A DNA stretch of 32,000 bases from Candidatus Saccharimonadota bacterium (GTDB lineage: Bacteria; Pseudomonadota; Gammaproteobacteria; Johnevansiales; Johnevansiaceae), in contig NC_018677.1 in assembly GCF_000300075.1 (NCBI RefSeq), forward strand, positions 240,001 to 272,000, written 5' to 3'. This document shows, one piece after another, positions 18,964-27,439 of the stretch. A program made the position numbers and the translations under genes. The notes below the pieces were generated by a model. The model saw only the letters and a list, made by a program, of their open reading frames with translations, ran no database searches and had not been told where the DNA came from. Positions within the stretch are counted from its first letter, which is position 1, and each line of letters begins with the position of its first letter.

Positions 18964-18969
18964 AAGGAG
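18964..18969 (+). promoter_or_regulatory. Shine-Dalgarno AAGGAG retained upstream of the clpP pseudogene.
   Basis: AAGGAG lies 12 nt upstream of the ATG at 18982. Confidence 0.4.
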
Positions 18970-18981
18970 TAAGGCGTAAAA

Positions 18982-19579
18982 ATGATGAATTATTATAAGT
19001 TTATAAAAGACAATTAGGTTCCAATAATTATTGATAATAATATTAGAGGGGATGTGTCGTATGCGGCTTTTAAAAGAACGTATAATTTTTATAGTAGGTA
19101 ATATTGAAGATAACAAAGCGAATTTAATTGTAGCACAATTATTATCTTTGGAGTATGAGAATCCAAAGAAAGATATTAATTTATATATAAATTCTCCATG
19201 TGGTATTGTAACAACAGGGTTGTCGATATATGACACTATGCAATATGTAAAACCTGATGTAGCAACTATTTGTATTTGACAAGCAGCTAGTATGGCGGCA
19301 ATTATTAAAAGCGGAGGAAATAAAGGAAAACGGTTTTGTTTACAAAATGCAAGAATAATGATACATCAACCAAACGTAAAGAAAAAAGGTCAAGCTAGTG
19401 ATATAGAAATACATACAAAAGAAATAATATCTATAAAAACAAAACTTAATAAGATTTTATCTCAAAATACAGGTCAAAATATAGAAAAAATAAAGATTGA
19501 CACAGATCGTAATAACTTTATGGATGCTAAAATGGCTTTAAATTATGGAATAATTGATTATCTAATAACAAATAGATAA
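18982..19579 (+). pseudogene. clpP: ATP-dependent Clp protease proteolytic subunit, inactivated.
   Basis: Colinear with E. coli ClpP ([12 protein letters not shown].., [56 protein letters not shown]). Three lesions are visible. An in-frame TAG lies at 19015-19017. A frameshift falls near 19060-19070 between the SY.. and RLLKER segments. An in-frame TGA at 19277-19279 replaces the Gly of the GQAASMG motif. Confidence 0.85.
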
Positions 19580-19649
19580 AACAGCTTAATTTATTAATTG
19601 GTAAAAACATAGTTACAACAAGGTTTAAAATTTATGAAGGTAAAGTATT

Positions 19650-20804
19650 ATGAAATATAAGGATGAAAAAAAATATATTGTTCTTTTTGTGAAAAACCAC
19701 AAGCAGAAGTTAAGAAATTTATAGCAGGGAAGTCAATATATATTTGTAATGAATGTATAGATTTATGTAATGAAGTTTTTAAGGAAGAAACAAGAAATGT
19801 AGAATTTGAATTTGTTTTACCAAAACCGAAAATATTTTATAACTGTTTAGATAAATATATAATAGGTCAAAAAAGAGCAAAATTAGTCTTATCAGTAGCC
19901 GTTTAAATTCATCGCTTAAAATATAAGAAACTTAACAAAAAAAAAAGCAATATTTTATTAATAGGACAAACTGGTACAGTAAAAACATTGTTTGCAGAAA
20001 CGTTAGCTTTATTACTTCTGGTTCATTTCACAATTGCTGATGCAACATCTTTAACAGAAGCATGTTATGTAGGAGACGATGTAGAGATAATAATTCAAAA
20101 TTTATTGCAAAAATGTGATTATAATATAGATAAAGCCCAAAATTGTATTGTATATATTGATGAAAAAATCATAAAATATGTCTATTACAAGAGATGTAAC
20201 ACAAATAACTGTACAACAAGTTAGACTTAAATAAATAGAAGGAACAATAGCACCCCCTAAGGGATTAACAAAACACCCTCAACAAGCATGTATAAAAGTA
20301 AATACAAAAAATATTTTATTTATTGTTGGGGGAGCTTTTTTAGGAATAGAAAAAATCATAAAGAATAAAGAAAATAAAAGAATTGGTTAAAATTCAAAAT
20401 TTAAAACAAATAAAAATATAGGTGATATTCTTAAATATGTTAATAATGAAGATTTTATAACATTAGGTTTAATTCATGAAAAATTTGGTAAATTACAAAA
20501 TCTAGTTACTTTAAAGGAATTAAATAAAGTTGATTTATTAATAATTTTAACGAATTCTAAATTTTCATTATTACAGCAATATTCATGCTTGTTTGATCTT
20601 GATTGTGTTTATTTGCATTTAAATAATAAAGCACTTAAAGCTATCGTAAACAAAGCTATATTGATAGAAAATGGTGCAAGAGGATTACGTTATATAATAT
20701 AAACTAGAAACCATGTTAAAACTGCCCTCAAACAACAATGTAATTAAAGTCATTATAAATGAAAAGGTAATATTAGGGAAACAACAACATTTATTATTTT
20801 ATAA
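19650..20804 (+). pseudogene. clpX: ATP-dependent Clp protease ATP-binding subunit, inactivated.
   Basis: Colinear with E. coli ClpX ([104 protein letters not shown]). An A8 run at about 19666-19673 puts the start codon out of frame with the zinc-finger segment. TAA replaces Tyr at about 19906. Walker A is degraded from GPTGSGKT to GQTGTVKT. There is a frameshift after IDE (about 20165) and several more stops (about 20222, 20389, 20701). Confidence 0.85.
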
Positions 20805-20825
20805 AAAAACTTAACCATAATTTAT

Positions 20826-22208
20826 ATGAAATATATAAAAACTTTTTTGAATATAATATTATTTTGTTTTTTACTAAGTTCGATAATAATAGCTTTATTT
20901 ATGAGTAGAACGCCGCAAAGTGCTATTGCTTGGTTAATATCGTTAATAACTGTTCCGTATTTTTCTATTCCTATGTTTTGGCTATTATCTTGTCCTAATT
21001 TTTGTGGATACTTAATAAAAAAAAATAGTTTACATATTAAAAAGTTCAAAAACACTTTCACTATAAATTGTAATGTACAAGTAGTAGAAAAGTTATCAAG
21101 TATGCCTTTGACACAATCAAACTTTGTCAAATTATTAATAAATGGGTATATTACATTTAAAAGTATGTTTGATGGTATAAAAAGAGCAAAAAAATATATT
21201 TTAATTCAATTTTTTATAATAAAAAATGATAAAATAGGTCAAGAATTAAAAAACAGTTTAATATATAGTGCAAAAAAGGGTGTTAATATTTTTGTTATTT
21301 ATGATCAAATAGGTAGTCACAATTTATCAAAAAGCTTTATAAAAGAATTTAAAAAAGCAGGAATTAACTTGTTTAAGTTTGGTTTTTGTAAAGGATGGAA
21401 AAATCTTTTAAAAATAAATTTTTGTAATCATAGAAAGTTAATTTTAATAGATGGTAAAGAGGCCTGGATAGGTGGATTAAATATTGGTAATGAATATTTA
21501 GGTATAAATAAACAAATAGGATATTGGCGAGATACACATCTACATATAATTGGGCCTAGTGTATTATGCTTACAAGAAATTTTTTTAGAAGACTGGTTTT
21601 GGAGTACAGATACTAAAATACATAATTTAAATTGGAAACCAATCTTATCAAACATAAAAAAAAAACATATAATTGTTGTACCTAGTGGTCCTATTAATAA
21701 TAGAAATAATGCCAGCCTATTAATTCAAAATTCAATAAATATAGCAAAACAACGATTTTGGATAACTAGTCCTTATTTTATTCCAGATCAAAGTGTAATA
21801 GATTCATTAAAATTAGCAGCACTAAGAGGTGTAGATGTTAAAATAATTATACCGGAACGTACAGATCATTTATTTGTTTATTTATCTACTTTTAGTTATT
21901 TTTCTGAATTAATAAGAGTTGGAGTTAAATTTTATAAATATATAAAAGGTTTTTTACATCAAAAAGTTATGTTAATAGATAATCATACAGCTTCAGTAGG
22001 AACTATAAACTTAGATAATAGATCTTTTAGATTAAATTTTGAAATAACAGCATATATAATTGATGGTGATTTTGCTAAAGATGTTAAGTACATGTTACAA
22101 CAAGATTTATTATATTGTAATTTAATACATTTAAATGAAATAAATTGTCGCTCTTTAATAAACAAATTACTCTCAAAATCAGCTTTTTTAGCTTCACCAA
22201 TACAATAA
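20826..22208 (+). CDS. clsA: Cardiolipin synthase (PLD superfamily).
   Basis: 460-aa ORF with N-terminal TM segments and two HKD motifs (HRKLILIDGKEAWIGGLNIGNEY and HQKVMLIDNHTASVGTINLDNRS). It is colinear with E. coli ClsA. Confidence 0.88.
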   Translation: MKYIKTFLNIILFCFLLSSIIIALFMSRTPQSAIAWLISLITVPYFSIPMFWLLSCPNFCGYLIKKNSLHIKKFKNTFTINCNVQVVEKLSSMPLTQSNFVKLLINGYITFKSMFDGIKRAKKYILIQFFIIKNDKIGQELKNSLIYSAKKGVNIFVIYDQIGSHNLSKSFIKEFKKAGINLFKFGFCKGWKNLLKINFCNHRKLILIDGKEAWIGGLNIGNEYLGINKQIGYWRDTHLHIIGPSVLCLQEIFLEDWFWSTDTKIHNLNWKPILSNIKKKHIIVVPSGPINNRNNASLLIQNSINIAKQRFWITSPYFIPDQSVIDSLKLAALRGVDVKIIIPERTDHLFVYLSTFSYFSELIRVGVKFYKYIKGFLHQKVMLIDNHTASVGTINLDNRSFRLNFEITAYIIDGDFAKDVKYMLQQDLLYCNLIHLNEINCRSLINKLLSKSAFLASPIQ

Positions 22209-22240
22209 TGCTATAAATACAGTAACTAACTACCAGACTT

Positions 22241-23587
22241 TTATTTTACATTAAGTATTATTGTCGCTATAGAAAAAAAAATTAAAACGCCTAGTGAATC
22301 ACATAAAGTAGCAACAAAAGGAGCACTAGCAGCAGCTGGATCAAATCCTAGTCGATTTAAACAAAAAGGTAATGACATGCCGAGTAAACTACCTATTATT
22401 ACAATAATTATCATACTAATCGCTACAGAATATGCAACTTCTATTCCTCCTCGAATATACCCAATTGGAAATATCACTATGGCCATTGTGATACCTAATA
22501 TTCCTGAAACTAATAATTCTTTACTCATTAATTTAGCCCAATCTTTTATGTTTATTTCTCCTGTGCCTAAACCTCTTATCATAAGAGTAGATGCTTGTGA
22601 TCCAGCATTACCCCCACTGCCAATCAATAATGGTAAGAAAAAAACCAAAGATATTTTAGAAGAAATAGTATCTTCATATTTTGCAATTCCAGCTCCAGAA
22701 AATAAATTACCAAAAATTAATAAAACTAACCAAAAAATACGCTTACTATATAATGTCAATAAGTTAGTACGAACAATGTTATATTCTAAAGTACCTACAC
22801 TGCCTGATTTATGAAAATCATCTGTTGTTTCTCTTTCAACAACATCCATAGCATCATCATATGTTATTATACCTACTAATTTATGTTCAGAATTAATTAC
22901 AGGAATTGCTAAAAAATCATAATGTGAAATCATTTTTGTTACATATTCTTGTTTTGAATTTGTATGAACATATATTACATCTTTTATCATTAAATCTTTT
23001 ATTAAAGCAATAGGATTAGCTAAAATAATCTGCCGTAATGATAAAGTTCCAGTTAATTTTTGATCCTGATCTAACACATAAATTTGATATATGGTTTCAG
23101 CATCAGGTGCTGTTTGTTTAATTTGGTTTAATGCTTGTAAAACAGTTATATTTTCAGGAATTACAACATAATTGGATGTCATAATAGCACCAGCAGTTCC
23201 ATCTTCATAACTTGACAGCTTTATAAGGTTTTCTCTAACTTTATTTGCCATACTACGTAAAATATTTTCTCTACGTATTGGTTCAAACATGTTAAATACA
23301 TCAGCACTATCATCAGAATTCATTTTAACAAAAATCTTTATTATCTCTTCATTATTTAGTTCTTTAGTAATTTCAAATTGTTTATCTTTTGGTAAATAAG
23401 AAAAAATATCAGCTTTTCTTTTTGAGCTTTGGCTATTTAATATCTGTATTATTAACTTATTTGATGTACGTGAGATCATTTCAGCTATATCAGCTGAACG
23501 AAAATATTTTAATAAACTCTTTATTTCTTTATAATTTTTGTTTGATAAAGCTTTCCATAAGTTAGGAATAATATTATTTTTTTTCAT
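22241..23587 (-). CDS. mgtE: Magnesium transporter MgtE
   Basis: 448-aa ORF. It has an N-terminal MgtE-N-like region, a CBS pair (GAIMTSNYVVIPENITV... LAIPVINSEHKLVGIITYDD), and a C-terminal TM domain with the GSGGNAGSQ motif. Confidence 0.85.
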   Translation of the reverse strand: MKKNNIIPNLWKALSNKNYKEIKSLLKYFRSADIAEMISRTSNKLIIQILNSQSSKRKADIFSYLPKDKQFEITKELNNEEIIKIFVKMNSDDSADVFNMFEPIRRENILRSMANKVRENLIKLSSYEDGTAGAIMTSNYVVIPENITVLQALNQIKQTAPDAETIYQIYVLDQDQKLTGTLSLRQIILANPIALIKDLMIKDVIYVHTNSKQEYVTKMISHYDFLAIPVINSEHKLVGIITYDDAMDVVERETTDDFHKSGSVGTLEYNIVRTNLLTLYSKRIFWLVLLIFGNLFSGAGIAKYEDTISSKISLVFFLPLLIGSGGNAGSQASTLMIRGLGTGEINIKDWAKLMSKELLVSGILGITMAIVIFPIGYIRGGIEVAYSVAISMIIIVIIGSLLGMSLPFCLNRLGFDPAAASAPFVATLCDSLGVLIFFSIATIILNVK

Positions 23588-23687
23588 TAATATCTCTTGT
23601 TTATATTTTTTTTTTTATATATTTTATATATATGTCCATACACTCATTCTATTATATAACATAATATATATTTATGGAAACAAAAAA

Positions 23688-25385
23688 ATGCGTATTAATT
23701 ATTGTGGTAAAGTCAATCAAACAATTTTAAATTCATATGTCAAGTTATACGGTTGGGTAAATAAAATACGAGATCATGGTGGCATTTTGTTTTTAGATTT
23801 ACGTGATATGTATGGTAGAACTCAATTAGTGATTGATTCTAAAAAGCTTGATTTTACAAATTTTGTGTTAGCAAAAAAACTCAAATCGGAATATATTATA
23901 AAAGTAATAGGTTTAATAAAATTACGACCTGTAAAAGATGGTTTTACAAATAAGATAGATATATTTGTAATAGAATTAAACTTATTAAGTAAATCCATAA
24001 AGTTACCTTTTAAGTTATATGCTAAAAAAAAAATTAAAGAAGAAATAAGATTTAAATTTCGTTATATAGATTTGCGGCAAAAGAAATATATAAAAAAAAT
24101 ACTTATTCGCTCTCAAATAATTCATAAAATTAGAAGTTTTTTAGATATTAATAAATTTATTGAAATCGAAACGCCTATATTAAGTAATATTACTGTTGAA
24201 GGAGCACGTACTTTTATTATACAAAGCCATAAACAAACTTTTGCTTTGCCTCAATCACCTCAAATATACAAACAAATTTTAATGTGTTCAGGTTTAGATA
24301 GATATTATCAAATTGCTAAATGTTTTAGAGATGAAGATTTACGGTCTGATAGACAACCAGAATTTACACAAATTGATATAGAAACTTCGTTTATGAATAA
24401 ACAAGCAATAATTAATGTAGTTGAAAAAATGATTAAATCATTATTTAAAGAACTTTTACATTTTACGTTCTCATCAGCTTTTAAAATAATCAAGTATACA
24501 GATGCTATCAACAAATATGGAACAGATAAACCTGATTTAAGAGTTCCTATTAAAATAACCGATATAGAAGATGTTATTCCTCAAAGTTTAACTTGTATTT
24601 TTCTTAATAAATTACAAAAACTAACAAGTCAATGCAATAGAATAGCTGCTATTAAACTCAAAGGTGGTGTTTGTTTATCTCTTAAACAGATTATTAAGTA
24701 TATTTCTTTTGTTAAATTATATGGTGCAAAAGGGTTAATATGGATTAAGGTTTACAATATTAATTTAGGCTTAAATGGTTTACAATCTCCTATATTAAAA
24801 CATATAACAGATGAAGTAATACACAACCTAAAAAAAAGATTGCATTTAAAAAATGGAGATCTAGTTTTTTGTTGTGCTGATACAATAAACATTGTAAATA
24901 CTTCTTTATCCGTGTTAATAACACAGATAGCAAACGATTTAAAACTTTATATCAAAGCTTGGGCTCCTATATGGGTTGTTAATTTTCCTTTGTTTAAACG
25001 TGATATTGTAGGAACGTTAACATCTTACCATCATCCATTTACTGCACCTACTTCTACGTTAGACGATATAATATATAATCCAGAAAAAGCTTTTGCTAAT
25101 TCTTTTGATTTAATAATAAATGGAATTGAATTAGGTGGTGGATCTATTCGTATAAATGATTATAAACTTCAAAAAATAATATTCAAACTATTAGGTTTAA
25201 CACAGAGAACCCTTAATAATAATTTTGGTTTCTTTTTAAAAGCTTTTAAATTTGGTGTACCTCCGCATGGTGGATTAGCTTTAGGTTTAGATCGTATAGT
25301 AATGTTACTTACAAAATCTGATAATATTAGAGATGTTATTGCTTTTCCTAAAACTAATAAGTTTATTTGTCCTTTATCTGTTTAA
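23688..25385 (+). CDS. aspS: Aspartyl-tRNA synthetase
   Basis: I place the start at MRINYCGKV (ATG 23688), which aligns with the E. coli AspRS N-terminus MRTEYCG. The 50 upstream codons in the track ORF are low-complexity and overlap mgtE. Class II motifs are present: FRDEDLRSDRQPEFTQID, HHPFTAP, GGGSIRI and GLALGLDR. Confidence 0.9.
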   Translation: MRINYCGKVNQTILNSYVKLYGWVNKIRDHGGILFLDLRDMYGRTQLVIDSKKLDFTNFVLAKKLKSEYIIKVIGLIKLRPVKDGFTNKIDIFVIELNLLSKSIKLPFKLYAKKKIKEEIRFKFRYIDLRQKKYIKKILIRSQIIHKIRSFLDINKFIEIETPILSNITVEGARTFIIQSHKQTFALPQSPQIYKQILMCSGLDRYYQIAKCFRDEDLRSDRQPEFTQIDIETSFMNKQAIINVVEKMIKSLFKELLHFTFSSAFKIIKYTDAINKYGTDKPDLRVPIKITDIEDVIPQSLTCIFLNKLQKLTSQCNRIAAIKLKGGVCLSLKQIIKYISFVKLYGAKGLIWIKVYNINLGLNGLQSPILKHITDEVIHNLKKRLHLKNGDLVFCCADTINIVNTSLSVLITQIANDLKLYIKAWAPIWVVNFPLFKRDIVGTLTSYHHPFTAPTSTLDDIIYNPEKAFANSFDLIINGIELGGGSIRINDYKLQKIIFKLLGLTQRTLNNNFGFFLKAFKFGVPPHGGLALGLDRIVMLLTKSDNIRDVIAFPKTNKFICPLSV

Positions 25386-26460
25386 CCTTTTGTTTTTTTT
25401 TACAATAATAGGCTTAATCTCACTTTTGCTCAAAATATAACTTGTACCTTTTTTGTTTTCTTTTTTATGCTTATGTGTTAATTGTTCTTTTTATTTTAGC
25501 TACTATATGTTTTTTGTTTTTTTTTAATTTGTGTTAGTTGTTTCTAGTTAGTTTAATTTTATGTTTTTCTTTTGTTTTTTCCATTCATTGTTATATTATT
25601 TAACTTATTTATTGTATTTGTTTGCTGTTATGTGTTATATGTACTTGCTTATATTTTTATTAGCTGGCATTTTGTTAGTTAAATATTTTTTGTATATAGA
25701 ATATATATTAGTAGTTTAAAACTGTTTTTGCTGTGTGTTATGTTCTTTTAATTAAAATGGTAAAATGTTTTAGATACTTTTTTGTTTTATGTTTCTTAAT
25801 TTGGTGTATGTTTTGTTATATAATGTTGAAATAAATTAAAAAGTGTTATAAATGTGTGTGTTGTTTGGATAATAATATGTTGATTGGTTATTATTGTGTG
25901 TTTGTAAAAAATACATGAGTTAGGTTTTAGATAGGTTGATTTGGTGTTTGTAAAAGTTGTGTAGTAGGTGGAATGTTATTAAAAAGGTAAAGAGAAGTTG
26001 TACTGAAAAAAAATAGTAGTTGTGTATTATATAAAGAAAAATAAAAAAATAGTAGTTGTGTATTATATAAAGAAAAATAAAAAAATAGTATGGAAAAAAA
26101 GGTAGTGTGTAATAGAAAAAAAATAGTTGTGTATTATGGAAAAGAAGTTAATGTTATGTAGAATGAGGAGTATAAAAAAGGTTTGCCGTAAATTGTTAAT
26201 AATAGGTGTAATGAGAAGGAAGTTATATAAAATAAAAATCAGATATGTGTAAGCTGTAGGTCTTATATTGAGTGTTGTGAAGTAAAAAGGATAGAGTGTT
26301 TGTTTTGTGTGCTGTGAAGTAAAACGATCTTACCATTAAAATGTATAAAAATTAGATTTAAATAAAGATGTGTGTTGTTAAACTAAAAGACGGTTGAGTT
26401 ATGTTGTGTTAAAAAAAAGCGAGTATTGTAAGCAGTTGTATATATATGTAGTTAAACGAT
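25386..26460. other. C-depleted non-coding spacer downstream of aspS.
   Basis: The spacer is T-rich with GCTGTTATGTG-type words to about 25850, then G+A/G+T-rich. Composition becomes mixed from about 26460 to the pal-like start. Confidence 0.75.
26005..26140. repeat. Tandem repeat, about 36-bp unit, 2 full copies plus 2 partial or diverged copies.
   Basis: ATAGTAGTTGTGTATTATATAAAGAAAAATAAAAAA starts at 26013 and 26049. A truncated copy lies at 26085 and a related AATAGTTGTGTATTATGG at about 26120. Confidence 0.85.
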
Positions 26461-26731
26461 AGACAATATTTAAAAAGGTTGTTTTGTAATATAAAAGGTA
26501 ATAGTGCTTGTTGAAAACAACAACTTTGAAATAGCATATACACAGTTGTGTAAAAGAACAAGTAGCCATAGATTAGTAATAAGTCAGTATTTACGATTAA
26601 ATATCTAAAAATACAATATAAAAACAGTAAAACGAAAATATTGGTACGTTTGTTATTAAAATTAAAATATATAAAATAGATTGTTAAAGAGGTAATATAA
26701 AGTACGATTATAGGTTATAAAAACATAAAAT

Positions 26732-27175
26732 ATGATAAAAAAATATATGCTTAAAAGGCTAATACTAGCAATTTCTTTATTACTGGTTTTAAAAAATAAT
26801 AATGTTATTTTAAACGAAATAAAATTAAACAAATTCTTTATTTTTAACAAAGCACCTTTTATTAAAACTATTTATTTTAATTATGATTTGTACTATTTTA
26901 GTAATAAGATAAATAATATTTTAAAGCAATATGTTATATATATACGTAACAATCCAAGTAAACAATTACTATTAAAAATCAATACCAATGTTTTAGGAAA
27001 TATAAAATATAATTTTATTTTAAATAAGTCTAGAATGAGTTTTATTGTAAACAATTTAGTTTTAAACGGAATACATAAAAACAACATTAAATATATTATC
27101 TGTGTAAAAAATAAAAAAGTTTATAATGAACTTAATACTCTTAACAACAATAAACTTATTGTTAATATATTGTAA
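26732..27175 (+). CDS. pal: OmpA-like domain protein, a probable degenerate peptidoglycan-associated lipoprotein homologue.
   Basis: 147-aa ORF. IYFNYDLYYFSNK..IRNNPSKQLLLK..G.IKYNFILNKSRMSFIVNNLVLNGIHKNNIKYI...NKLIVNIL is colinear with the E. coli Pal C-terminal domain ([67 protein letters not shown]). It has a hydrophobic N-terminus but no lipobox Cys. Confidence 0.55.
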   Translation: MIKKYMLKRLILAISLLLVLKNNNVILNEIKLNKFFIFNKAPFIKTIYFNYDLYYFSNKINNILKQYVIYIRNNPSKQLLLKINTNVLGNIKYNFILNKSRMSFIVNNLVLNGIHKNNIKYIICVKNKKVYNELNTLNNNKLIVNIL

Positions 27176-27193
27176 TTATACGCTTTTAGTGTT

Positions 27194-27281
27194 GGAGGGA
27201 TGGCAGAGAGGTTTATTGCATCGGTTTTGAAAGCCGACAAAAGTTTCTTACTTTTCCAGGGTTCAAATCCCTGTCCCTCCG
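27194..27281 (+). tRNA. tRNA-Ser (anticodon UGA), type II with long variable arm.
   Basis: Acceptor is GGAGGGA/TCCCTCC with discriminator G. Anticodon stem is TCGGT/GCCGA with loop TTTGAAA. Variable arm is AAAAG..CTTTT. T-arm is CAGGG-TTCAAAT-CCCTG. No CCA is encoded. Confidence 0.85.
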
Positions 27282-27323
27282 TTATCTATACACATATTTT
27301 TAATAAACACTATATGTAGCCTT

Positions 27324-27412
27324 GGAAGGCTGGCAGAGGGGTTTATTGCACTTGTTTCGAAAACAAGTAATTTAATACACAAAATTCGTGGGTTCGAACC
27401 CCACGCCTTCCA
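27324..27412 (+). tRNA. tRNA-Ser (anticodon CGA), type II with long variable arm.
   Basis: Acceptor is GGAAGGC/GCCTTCC with discriminator A. Anticodon stem is CTTGT/ACAAG with loop TTCGAAA. Variable arm is AATTT..AAATT. T-arm is GTGGG-TTCGAAC-CCCAC. The D-arm region differs by 1 nt from the neighbouring tRNA-Ser. Confidence 0.8.
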
Positions 27413-27439
27413 ACTTTAATACAAACACGTTTTTCTTTT

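Noticed and set aside
15245-18981. The long non-coding tracts next to tRNA genes could be integrated mobile elements or genomic islands.
   Set aside because: There is no integrase, transposase or phage gene, no direct repeat of the tRNA 3' half, and no coding capacity at all.
19277-19279. TGA might be recoded. TGA replaces a conserved Gly in clpP (19277) and twice in the transporter (6080, 5696), which recalls genetic code 25. Code 4 (TGA=Trp) is the other possibility.
   Set aside because: All 12 full-length genes contain no internal TGA. Trp is encoded by TGG, and aroE terminates at TGA. The affected genes also carry TAA/TAG stops and frameshifts. GGA-to-TGA is a single G-to-T change, as expected under AT pressure.
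23538-23687. The track ORFs give a 50-codon N-terminal extension to aspS and a 23-codon extension to def (9362-9430).
   Set aside because: The extensions are low-complexity and overlap the neighbouring divergent genes (mgtE, aroE). Alignment to the E. coli proteins begins at the internal Met codons (23688 and 9361).
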